The notes beneath the pieces were generated by a model. The model had not been told where the DNA came from and searched no databases. It saw only the letters and a list, made by a program, of their open reading frames with translations. 64,000 bases of DNA from Leucoraja erinacea (Eukaryota): contig NC_073415.1 of assembly GCF_028641065.1 (NCBI RefSeq), forward strand, positions 5,146,001 to 5,210,000, in the 5' to 3' direction. This document shows positions 1 through 11,100 of the stretch, in pieces; the first letter of the stretch is position 1; each line of letters begins with the position of its first letter. The position numbers were made by a program, and so were the translations under genes.

Positions 1-809
1 TTGAGCAGTATCAATTAGTTATAATTTGATCATTTTTACCCTGCAATTATTTACCCGATTTCTTACATTGATGTATTTATTTAGTAAGCTATCTGTGAAT
101 GCAGGAAAGGTACAGTATATTTTTATAAACTGATGAAAATATCCATGGGTGATGGCCATCAGGGTCTTCAAACATGTCCTACCATTTCATGATTGTGGAT
201 GATATATTTTAGCCTGAACTCCTCTTCAGTGCACTTTCCTATACCCTGCTATTTGTCAATATATAAAATGTGTCTACCTCTACGTTAATGATCCAAAGGC
301 AAAACTATAGCCCAGGCATAGCAGAGGACACGCCACAGTGTTTGATTCAGGCCTGCATTATTGGGCCTGAATGCCCTTTACAGTCACGAGGCTTAAAGAA
401 ATGCCAAACTTATTAAGTAAAAACTTTACAAATATCAGCTTTGGATTCTGCCAAATCTGGCGTACTGGGTAGAATTTTACAATTGGTGTTAGAACTGGGT
501 TGATTTTAATTTTTGTAACTACACCAGAACCAACCAGCAGTAGATCCAAATGAAAAATATTGAACATTCTGGCAATCTGAAATGAAACAACATGCTCAGT
601 CTTCAGGAAGTCAGGCTGTGAAGAAAACAGAATTAATATATCAGGTGGATCACCTTACTGTTATGAAAAAGATAATTGATCTCAAAACGTCAAGCTTTAT
701 TGTCTCTACAACATTAATACATTGCTTCTTATAAAGTGGGCATAGTTTGGCTGGAGGATTCATTAATTAAATTTTTATTTGCCATCACTGATTCTGAGTT
801 CTGCTGTAG

Positions 810-940
810 GTATTGGTATGGAGCAGTGCATGAAAAAGGTGGAGGCGGCTCATTGTATGGCCTGTGATCTCTTCATCCCAATGCAGACTGGCTTCATTGC
901 ACAACATTTAAGGTCAGCTGAGCACACCAGGAACCGCAAA
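810..940 (+). CDS. AKAP8L: AKAP8L-like gene, internal coding exon (second AKAP95-type C2H2 zinc finger); 5' part of gene lies upstream of the window
   Basis: tag|G..AAA|gtaagt, 131 bp; GIGMEQCMKKVEAAHCMACDLFIPMQTGFIAQHLRSAEHTRNRK closely resembles AKAP8L ZF2 (KKVEAAHCAACDLFIPMQFGII). Paralogue assignment also rests on gene order (AKAP8L upstream of AKAP8). Confidence 0.8.
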
Positions 941-1071
941 GTAAGTGGAACAATTTCAACACCACTTGGAACAAAACTGTTTGGCCCATTGAGTCTATGC
1001 TCTAATATCTCCATGTATTGTCACTTTTAGAGCTGTTAATGTTAATGCTGTGTTTTTGAACTCCTTTCTAG

Positions 1072-1167
1072 ATTGCTCTTGAGAGAGCCAAAAAGGGTAG
1101 CCTGGTTATTGCTAAGAGCATCCTGAACAACAGCAACATTGCAACAATGCTGGAGAAATATGTTAAA
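1072..1167 (+). CDS. AKAP8L: AKAP8L-like gene, penultimate coding exon
   Basis: ttctag|ATT..AAA|gtaaga, 96 bp, phase 0/0; IALERAKKGSLVIAKSILNNSNIATMLEKYVK, same size and motif as exon 25136-25231. Confidence 0.85.
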
Positions 1168-1329
1168 GTAAGAATTGTTATTTTCTTTAAGTGTAATTGA
1201 TTTCCCGAATCAACGATTTTGGGGCCAGGGAGAAATGAATTTCCTCATTGTGCATTCCTGTTTGACCTGGGACAAAGTTCTATCACAAAATCCCAATAAC
1301 TTGTTAACATTGAAGGAAGGAACTGCTGA

Positions 1330-2290
1330 TTGATAGAAAATTGGCTTCATGGAATGAAGCAGAGAGTGATGATGGAAGGTTGCTTCTCGGACTGGAAGCC
1401 TGTGACTAGTGGTGTGCCTCAGGGTTTGGTGCTGGGCCAGTTACTGTTTGTCATCTATATCAATAATTTGGATAAGAACATATATGGCAAGATTAGCAAG
1501 TTTGCAGATGATATTAAAGTGGGTGGTTTTGCAGATAGTGAAGATGGTTGTGAAAAAATACAGCATGATCTGAATCCATTGACCAAGTGGGCTGAGGAAT
1601 GGTTGAAGGAATTTAATGCAGAAAAATTAGGTTACATTTTGGGAAGTTTTAACATGGACATTGAATGGTAGGGTTCTGGGTAATGTTGTAGAGCAGAGGG
1701 ATCTAGTAGTGCAGGTGCATAGCTTCCTGAAGGTGGAGTCGCAGGTAAATCGGGTGGTCAAAAGGGCGTTTAGCAAATTGGCATTCATCAGCCACAGTAT
1801 TGAGTATAGAAGTTGGGAGGTCATGTTGCAGTAGTACAAGACATTGGTGGGGCCACATTTAGGGTATTGTGCTCAGTTCTGGGCACCGTGTTATAGGAAA
1901 TATGTTGTTAAGCTGGAAAGGGTAGAGAAGATTTACGAGGATGTTGCTAGGACTAGAGGGTCTGCGCTATAGGCAGAGGTTGAGTAGGCTGGGACTCTAT
2001 TCCTTGGAGCGCAGGAGGATGAGGGAGTGATCTTATAGAGGTGTATGAGGTTTAATAGGAATCTGAGGAGTGACTTTTTCACACAAAGGATGGTGGATGC
2101 ATGGAACACGCTGCCAGAGGAGGTAGAGGCACGGATTGTCCCAACATTTAAGAAGCAGCTGGTCAGCTACATGGATATGACTGGTTTGGAGCGATATGGA
2201 CCAAATGCTGGCAGGTGGGACTAGTGCAGCTGGGATGTGTGAGCAAGTTGAACCGAAAGGCCTGTTTCCGCACTGTATCACTATATGACT
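1330..2290 (+). mobile_element. Old 5'-truncated CR1-clade LINE in the last intron
   Basis: Decayed RT: WKPVTSGVPQGLVLG..ISKFADD, then the CR1 C-terminal region and a short repeat tail. Confidence 0.85.
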
Positions 2291-2309
2291 ATGCTAGTTT
2301 ACACCGAAA

Positions 2310-2500
2310 TATAAACACAAAATGCTGTAGTAACTCAGAGGGACAGGCAGCATCTCTGGAGAGAAACAATGAGACGTTCTAGGACAAGACTCTTCAGACT
2401 GAGACTGACTCTCAATCTGAAGGAAGGTCTCGACCTGAAACGTCACCCATTCCTTCTCTCCAGGGATGCTGCCTGTCCTGCTGAATTACCCCAACAGTTT
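2310..2500. repeat. Inverted head-to-head pair of the Penelope-derived short repeat
   Basis: GGACAGGCAGCATCTCTGGAGAGA followed by its near reverse complement TCTCTCCAGGGATGCTGCCTGTCC, with a CTGAAGG..GAAACGTC motif at 2417-2444. Confidence 0.7.
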
Positions 2501-2883
2501 GGGTCTAACATTGAGTACTGTTCCCTTAAACACTAAACTATATTCTATATTCCTTTTGTTTCTGCTTGCTTTAATCAATATAACTTTTTGTTTTGACATT
2601 GACACTAATTTTGAAATGGTTGGGGCAAAGGTGCTTCAAGTAATGTTAGATTTTGTTTATGTGAATGAGACTCGTTCTGAAATGAGCCTTCATTTCTTGA
2701 TGCCCAAGATCTCTTTGAAAGTAGACTAAGGTAGAGAATTCCTTACTCTGTCCCTTGGCTGGAAGGAATAAAGTAATGACTCTTTTAAAAGCATAATGAA
2801 GCCTTACTTTCAGGATTACACCCACTGCGGGTAATTTTGTTTGCAAGTCTTTCGTACTTAATTTTGCTCTTTTCTTTTCACAG

Positions 2884-3357
2884 GGAGAAAAACCATTCAC
2901 TGATGATCCAGATGACAAAGATGAAGAAGAGGGTGCAATACATGAGGGTGAAGGTGATGGCGAGGGTGATGGGCTCAATGACAGTACCAATGATGGTGAG
3001 AAGAAAGAAGGTGGTGAGGGAGAAGGGGTGGAGGGCGAAGGGGGAGAGGAAACCAAGGAGGGAGAAGGTGGAGAGGGAGGGGTAGAAGGTGTGAAGGGAG
3101 AGAATAAAGGAGAGGGTGGTGAAGATGGAGAAGAAAACGTCACTGCAGGGGAAGGAATAGATGCATCTGAGGAACCAATTAATACTGTGGATGACGAAAT
3201 GGAGGTGGCAGAAGGAGACCCTGAAGACGAAGACTTGGGCGACGCAGATGATGATGCTATTGAAAGCAAGGACCCTGAGGAATGTCTTGAAGCTGATGAA
3301 GATAAGATTCTGGAGGGAGAGGATGATCCATTGTCATTTGATACAGAATTAGAATAA
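2884..3357 (+). CDS. AKAP8L: AKAP8L-like gene, last coding exon (GEKPFTD plus acidic Gly/Glu tail)
   Basis: Polypyrimidine tract and cacag|GGA; in frame to TAA 3355-3357; GExPFT motif of the AKAP95 family. Confidence 0.85.
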   Translation, partial: GEKPFTDDPDDKDEEEGAIHEGEGDGEGDGLNDSTNDGEKKEGGEGEGVEGEGGEETKEGEGGEGGVEGVKGENKGEGGEDGEENVTAGEGIDASEEPINTVDDEMEVAEGDPEDEDLGDADDDAIESKDPEECLEADEDKILEGEDDPLSFDTELE

Positions 3358-3606
3358 TTTAGCCCGACTTCCTGAAAAATGTGGACAGATGATTATGTTC
3401 CCCTGTCATTCTCTGAAGCTTGTATTAGTTTTAACGTTACTCTTTGTTTGACTTGCAGGTAGATTTGTTATTGCTGTACTTAAGTTCCAGCTGATTGTTC
3501 CATAGTTTCAAAAGTCTAGTAAATGCTCCCTGTGTACTGTGCTGAATGGCTTTTCACAATGATGTAGACCGTAATCTCTCCTGAACCTTTGTGTGGAACA
3601 TTTTAC

Positions 3607-3612
3607 AATAAA
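3607..3612 (+). terminator. Polyadenylation signal of the AKAP8L-like gene
   Basis: AATAAA 250 nt after the stop, followed by a GU/U-rich tract (ttgtgtgttaatttgtt). Confidence 0.6.
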
Positions 3613-6600
3613 CATTCTTTCTATAATTGGACTTGTGTGTTAATTTGTTAGGTTGCAGCCCACTTTGGCACTGTAAACCATGACAATCTAATTTTTAAAA
3701 TTATTGGCTTGCGTTTTGGAGAACAAGATGATGAGGAGAGTGTGGTACGAAATTGGAAGTATATTGTTACAATTGGGCAGTGGTTCATGTGGGATAGTTT
3801 TTGGTCAGTAATCCAAAAGCACTATTTGGTCTGTATCTTATTTGATCAGTACAAAAATAAATTGTACAGCAATCATACAGAAATTTCACAAAATTCTGAG
3901 AGGCTGAAAAAAGATTGCAAAAGAACAATATATTATTGCAAATCACAATGAGGTAAACAAAAATAGCAAGTCTGTGGTGGTGCATGATGTAGTCCAGTGT
4001 TCCTTTGTCAAGGTAGGAGTAGGATTGTGTGGGTTTGTTAAAGAACCAGATAGTTGAAGGAAAGCAGGTGTTCCTGAGCCCGGTGTTGTGCGACATCAGG
4101 TTTATCTGCCAGATGGTAGCAGGAAGAGTGGATGATAGGGATCCTTGCTGACAGATGTCACCTACTTGAGAGACCATGTCTCGTATAGATGCACCATATC
4201 TGCGAAACTGATCACGCAGTATCTAGTTTCATTTACTGTACCGTTCACCTAATTGGAAAGCATCTGTTAGAAATGGAAGTCAATCGGTCTGAAACAACAT
4301 CTACTCCCTTCGCAATATTGTCTGGCTACTGAATATCCAACAGTCTGGCTTTAACAAACACAATTGTTTAAAGGCAAATCTGACCTGTAACTTGCTCAGG
4401 AACTGAAGATATAAGCAATCAAATTATTAGCAGAAGTTAAACTGCTTCATTCTTTAATAAGATTGTGGCTGACTTGATTGTCACCTTACTTCATGTTCCT
4501 CTCCACCCACAATAGCCTTTCACCCTTTTGTTTATCAAATATCCAGTTACCTCTGCCTTGAATCATTTTAAAGAGTGGTTTGAGTGCAGTTTGTGGAAGT
4601 GAGTGCCAAAGACTCCATCGTACAAAGAACAAAAGGTGTCCTCTCCACAAATGGGCAAGTCATGAAACAGTAACAGTTTGTACTGAATTCTCCCACTGAG
4701 AGAATGTTATTTCCACATTCACTCTATGAAGACCACTTAGCATCTTATGTGTTAAGCTAGTTGCCCCTCTTCCAAATTCCAGTGCTGTCCAACTTTGCTC
4801 ATTAGACAATCCACCCATTCAGGGTGTATTCCAGAAAACTTTCTCTGAACTGCATCCAATGTATTAACATTCTTCGCTAGATAAAGACTAGTATTGTGCA
4901 CCATACTCCAACTATGGTCTCAGTGGTGTCCCTCTCGTGAATATCTACTTTTATAAGCTAAAAAATACTGAAATGGAGACAAGAGACTGCAGATGCTGAA
5001 ATCTTTACCAAAACATACAAAGTGTCATGCAGTATCTATGAAGAGAATGGGCAGGTGATGTTTCGTATCTGAAGAAGGGGGCTGACTCGACTTCTGGAAA
5101 AAATGGATTATTAAGATTACTAATTACATGTTTTTATGGATATTTTGGACAAATTTGCATTGGAATGCATTCATCAAATTGTGAACACTCATTTATAATC
5201 AAAAGGAGCAGGTCTTTTTGGGGATAGACACAAAAAGCTGGAGTAACTCTGGGACAGACACCATCCCTGAAGAGAAGGAATGAGTGATGTTTTGGGTCAA
5301 GACCCAAGAGATTTGTAAGGAAATGGCTTTGAGGCTTATCATATGGTGATTAATGCATTACACTTTGTATAAATCAACCTACCTAAATTGGAATGAATTG
5401 GTTAATTGCAGATAGTGGAAACGGGCCCTTCAGCCCGAGCACCCGAAGAAACCCCACATGATCAAAGAGAATATGCACAGTAGCCAAGGTCTGAATCAAA
5501 TCCAGTTCTACTGCTGCACCACTGCCGCCCACAAATGGCAGATTAATTGCCAGGACCTGCTTAATGTGTGGAGTGTGCCGAGAGTTTTGGATATCCTGCA
5601 GATGTTACACACTTTTTAAAATAGATACTATAATCTAGGGAAATGTATCTAAAATTTATGACATGAAAGTCCAACTCTTTCCCTTAAGTTGTATTCCAAT
5701 ATTCTATATTCCAAATTTAGAAGCCAAATAAAACTGCAGATCCAGGAAATTCAGGGAGAGGGAGGGGAGGAGGAATAAGCTTTTAAATGATTTAAGCAGG
5801 AATTTAAATTTAGCATTACAAGAGGGAAAGTTGGAGCATAGGCTATAGAACTAAAGAGCGGTCCTGAACTACTATCTACCTCATTGGAGACATTTGATTA
5901 TCTTTGATCAGACTTTACTGGCTTTATCTTGCACTAAACGTTATTCCCTTTATCATGCATCTACACTGAGAATGGCTCTATTGGAATTGTCTTTCCAAGT
6001 TAGCAAGCAACAAAAGCTTTTGACTTGACAATAAATAAACCTACTCAACAAAATAAATAAATGTCCAGTTGCCCCACCATCGCACTCAACAAGGCTATAC
6101 GCTCCCAATCAGGTAATATTGGTTATAATATTGCTTAGGCAGCTTACAACCCAGTGGGATGAATATTGATTTCTCTAACTTCAAGCAACTATTGATTTCC
6201 CTCTAAGGTACACAACAAAATGCTGGAGAAACTCAGCGGGTGCAGCAGCATCTATGGAGCGAAGGAAATAGGCGACGTTTTGGGCCGAAACCCTTCTTCA
6301 GACTGATTTCCCTCTATGTCTGTTTCCCCATCCCTCTCCTAATTCTTTGACTAGTTTAACTGTCCTGATTAATTTTGCTGATTGTATGCTTTGTTAACAG
6401 TCACCTTCCCCTGATGTAAAATTGAACCATTCTACATTTCCGTAACCATTGTCTGCTTTGATCTGTCGTTTTCACACCTTACTCATCCATGTCTCTAATG
6501 CCCCAACCTTGACTCTCAGTCTGAAGAAGGGTCTCGGCCCAAAACATCCTCCATTCCTTCTCTTAAGAGATGCTGCCTGTCCCTTGTCTATCTCCAAAAA

Positions 6601-6621
6601 TGCTGCCTGACCCGCTGAGTT

Positions 6622-7249
6622 AATGGTATGTTAGCTTTCATTGCAAAAGGATTTGAGTATAGGAGCAGAGAGGTTCTACTGCAGTTGTACAGGGTCTTGG
6701 TGAGACCACACCTGGAGTATTGCGTACAGTTTTGGTCTCCAAATCTGAGGAAGGACATTATTGCCATAGAGGGAGTGCAGAGACGGTTCACCAGACTGAT
6801 TCCTGGGATGTCAGGACTGTCTTATGAAGAAAGACTGGATAGAGTTGGTTTATACTCTCTAGAATTTAGAAGATTGAGAGGGGATCTTATAGAAACTTAC
6901 AAAATTCTTAAGGGGTTGGACAGGCTAGATGCAGGAAGATTGTTCCCGATGTTGGGGAAGTCCAGGACAAGGGGTCACAGCTTAAGGATAAGGGGGAAAT
7001 CCTTTAAAACTGAGATGAGAAGAACTTTTTTCACGCAGAGAGTGGTGAATCTCTGGAACTCTCTGCCACAGAGGGTAGTTGAGGCCAGTTCATTGGCTAT
7101 ATTTAAGAGGGAGTTAGATGTGGCTAAGGGGATCAGGGGGTATGGAGAGAAGGCAGGTACGGGATACTGAGTTGGATGATCAGCCATGATCATATTGAAT
7201 GGCGGTGCAGGCTCGAAGGGCTACGAATGCACCTAACTATGTTTCTATG
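6622..7249 (+). mobile_element. Young 5'-truncated CR1 LINE (HER1-like), 3' end
   Basis: Open 180-aa ORF (LVRPHLEYCVQFWSP..RRLRGDLIETYKIL..TRGH), near identical to other copies; ends in a TTCTATGT-type tail. Confidence 0.9.
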
Positions 7250-7262
7250 TTAATCCACCAAT

Positions 7263-7486
7263 TTGTGTCTATGGCCAGAGATGCTGCCTGACCCACTGAG
7301 ATACTCCAGCAATTTGTGTCTATCTCCAGAGATGTTGCCTGACCCACTGAGTTACTCCAGCACTTTGTGTCTATCTCCAGAGATGTTGCCTGACCCACTG
7401 AGTTACTCCAGCACTTTGTATCTATCTCCAGAGATGCTGCCTGACCCACTAAGTTACTCCAGCACTTTGTATCTATGGCCAGAGAT
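7263..7486 (+). repeat. Minisatellite, 51-bp unit, about 4.4 copies
   Basis: Unit TTGTGTCTATCTCCAGAGATGCTGCCTGACCCACTGAGTTACTCCAGCACT, seen as a 17-aa repeat in the ORF track. Confidence 0.9.
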
Positions 7487-7554
7487 CTCTCTCCAATATA
7501 GACTCACATCCATGGTTACAGTCGTTAGGGGGGGAAATGATTGACGTTAATTAT

Positions 7555-8130
7555 GGCTAATCAGGATTGGGGATGCTAAGACCCGCCCACACACCTCGGG
7601 CCCGACCAATGGGCGGCAGCGGGCGGGGGTACATCCGGGTGAGTGGTAGGTAGCTGGTCGCGGCGGCGGACTTCTCTCCGAAGCAAAATGGACGGTCGTT
7701 ATTCAGGTCAGTCCAGCGCGGCTTCACAAGCGCCACGGGAGGTTTGATCTCCATATACCCTTCCTCACTGTGACCGCCGTGCATTTGGAAAGAGAGACTG
7801 TCGTCGCGGTATTGGAGTGCGTGTGTTTTTTTTTTACCTGAGGGGAGGAAGATGGTTCGCATCAAGCAGCAACCAAACCTGCTGGTCCCGCCCCCCGCTC
7901 TAGTCCCGCCCCCTCCTGAGGTGATTGGCTGAAGAACCCGTCGGTGGGCGGAGTCCTGTCGCATGATTGGCTGTTGCTCACGTCACTCAACGGCGGGGCT
8001 AGGTTAGGTTGCACCGGGTAGTCGAGGCCTCCCACTTCGACCGCGGCTCCCAGCCGCCTCCGGCCGGTCACCCCCTCCACCCGCCTTCTCCCCATCGCAA
8101 CCCTCGCACTGCGGACCGACTGTCCGTAAA
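7555..8130 (+). promoter_or_regulatory. CpG island and promoter of the AKAP8-like gene
   Basis: CpG-rich; CCAAT boxes (GATTGG about 7565, CCAAT 7606) and GC boxes upstream of the ATG; tandem GTCCCGCCCCCC and more ATTGG motifs in intron 1. Confidence 0.8.
7688..7706 (+). CDS. AKAP8: AKAP8-like coding exon 1 (MDGRYS-G)
   Basis: aaaATGG Kozak context in the CpG island, 19 coding nt then gtcagt donor; resembles AKAP8 MDQGYG. Confidence 0.75.
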
Positions 8131-11100
8131 CGTAGGAAAGACACAAAACGCTGGAGTAACTCAGCGGGACAGGCAGCATCTCTAGAGAGAAGGAATGGGT
8201 GACGTTTCTGGTCGAGAACAAGGGGTCACAGTTTAAGGATAAGGGGGAAATCTTTTAATACCGAGATGAAGAAAACATTTTTCACACAGAGAGTGGTGAA
8301 TCTGTGGAACTCTCTGCCACAGAGGGTAGTTGAGGCCAGTTCATTGGCTATATTTAAGAGGGAGTTAGATGTGGCCCTTGTGGCTAAAGGGATCAGAGGG
8401 TATGGAGAGAAGGCAGGTACAGGATACTGAGTTGGATGATCAGCCATGATCATATAGAATGGCGGTGCAGGCTCGAAGGGCCGAATGGCCTACTCCTGCA
8501 CCTATTTTCTATGCTTCTATGACCCTTCTAACTCCGTGAACGTAGCTCAGTTGTTTAGAGATACAAGATGGGGGTGTCTTGAATTGGTTCTTTCACTAAC
8601 CAAGTGGCCACTTTCTACTTGCTTACAATTTATTCCTGGGTTTCAATAAACCAGTATCTGCAGTTCCTTCCTACACACACACACTGGGGACTAGTTTACG
8701 ATAGCCAATTAGCCTACAAACCTAAGATAGACACAAAAAGCTGGAGTAACTCAGCGGGACAGGCGGCATCTCTGGAGAGGACGAATGGGTGACGTTTCGG
8801 GGTCGAGACCCAGCTTCCTCCAGCATCTGCAGTTCCTTCTTACACTATGCTACACACATTAGGGACATCTTAGGTGTGTGAGAAGGAAACTGGAGCACCC
8901 AGAGAAAATCCACGCAGGGTTCTCACGAGGAGACTACAAACTCCATACAGACAGCACCCGTAGTTGGCATTGAAAGCGGGGCGCTGGCGCTGTGTGGCAG
9001 CAACTCTACCACTGCGCCACCAACTCTATCTCTGCCGCCCCGGCAGTCGAGAGCAGATGCCTCTGCTCCCTCACAGTCCGGCCCAATCTGAACGGCGGCT
9101 GCAGGGCTTATCCCCGCCCTCTCCCTTACAAAATGGTGCCAGTCCAGCTGATGGGCGCGCGCTTCGCATGCGCGTGCACGCGCTCTTCCCAGTGCTCCCG
9201 TCCCCGCCATGGTGCACGCCCGTGGCGGGCGGTGTTAGGAACACTCGGCAGGTCAGGCGCATCTGAAGGAAGAGAAACAGTGAACCTAGGGTTTCCAGCC
9301 TGAAACGTTAACTTATTTCCAACGGATGCTGCCCGAACTACTGAGGCAGTCAGAAGAATGGTCTCGACCCGAAACGTCACCTATTTTCTCCAGTGATGCC
9401 GAGTTACTCCAGCCTTTTGTGTCTATCTTCGGTTTAAACCACCATCTCCATTTCTACGCATACTGAGTGTTACGCATTCATTTAAGATTTACAACGTTTG
9501 TACTTATTTTTTTTAATGTTCATTTTTAAATTGCGGATGCAAAATTAGCTCTGCCCCGTTTGGGTAACTACATGTATGATTGACATCTATTCTGTACTCT
9601 GTCTTAAACTTTGTTGCATCTATTGTACTTCTATTGTAAGGTATAGGGGGGTTGCACGAAAGGTCACTGGGTCAGAGGGCTCGACGCACGGAGCCGCTAA
9701 ATCCATCTGGAGGACATCCGTCAGTTCCGGTATATGTTATTAATGCTGAACACGCGTACTTTCCTACCTGTTAAAAACCGCCAAAATGTTGAATTTATGC
9801 GCTGAACAAAATTGTGGCAGTCGGGGTAAGTGTGAGAGACATGTACCCAAGTTTAGATTTCCAAAAATGAAGCTATAGAGAAGCGAGAACTGAAGGAATA
9901 ACAGCAGCTAAAGTGCTTGGTAAACATTTGCCGTGCAGATATCGGAATTGAAAATATTGGGAATTATCGCGTTTGCTCACTGCATTTCATCAAGTAAGGC
10001 ATTATTTGTGTTTTTCACGATTCCTTTGGTATCTAAAAATTCTCAGAAGTGATAAATCTGGCTGTAAATTTTTCTTCAGGTGCGTTTTCATTTTGTATGT
10101 AAAAACCCACGGGAACCATGGGCGATTTAAAAAAATTACAGCCAGATTTATCACTTCTGAAACTTTTTAGATGCCAAAGGAATCAAGAAAAAACACCTTA
10201 GGTGATGAAATGCAGTGAGCAAACGGCCAATGTTCTCTAAGCACTCTGTCTGTTGTTGTCCCTTCAGCTTTCGCTTCTATCTGCCGTCATTTCTCCTCAC
10301 TTTTGGAATTCTGAAGTAGGCTAATTGTCTCACACACTTATCCCGATTACCATAATTATTTACATCGCAAAAATTGACATTTTCGGTGGGTTTTAACGGG
10401 CCCACTACGCTGGAAACAATGGTAAGTGCCTACCTGCAGTTCATCGCGTGTAATCCATTTGGAGTAGCGTAGCAACAGTATGGGTCGTGACCCGACTGCC
10501 GTGAAACCTCCCTATATGTGATTTGCTGATAGCTTGCAAGACAAACATCTCTGTACCTCAATACATGTTCAATGGTGCTTGAATGTGGCAATAATAGACC
10601 TAAACAGCAAGGAATTGCAGATACAGGAGAAAAACAGGAGAAAAACACAAAGTGTTGGAGTTACTCTGCAGATCAGGCAGCATCTTTGGAGGGAATGGGC
10701 ACACAATGTTTCTGGTTCAGCTCTGAAGCCAAGTTCTGACCATTCCCTCCACTGATGCTGCCTGACGTCGGTTCCTCCAGCATTTTGAGATGGGAGTGGG
10801 GAGTGTCTGATTCAAAAATGGGAATATAACCCTGGATTTGTAGAGCTTGCAAGTTATGCAGAGGGCTCCATTACTTCAAAGATACTCTTCCCTTTGAGTT
10901 GGCACCAAGAAGGAGTAGGATCTAATGTAGCAGTAGTGAGTTGCTTACCTGGATGTCTGTGTAGGAAAGAACTGGCGATGCTGGTTTAAATCGAAGATAA
11001 ACACAAAATGCTGGAGTAACTCAGCGGGACAGGCAGCATCTCTGGAGAGAAGGAATGGGTAACGTTCCTTTTGTCTGAAGAAGGGTCTTGACCCAAAACG

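Noticed and set aside
2646-3269. 207-aa Ser/Pro-rich minus-strand ORF (and similar 26553-26939)
   Set aside because: Antisense shadow of the purine-rich acidic last exons.
6628-7170. Clean 180-aa ORF (and 256-aa ORF 59476-60246) as host genes
   Set aside because: C-terminal ORF2 fragments of 5'-truncated CR1 LINEs.
7263-7486. Regularly spaced repeats resembling a CRISPR array
   Set aside because: Contiguous 51-bp tandem units with no unique spacers, in eukaryotic DNA with no cas genes.
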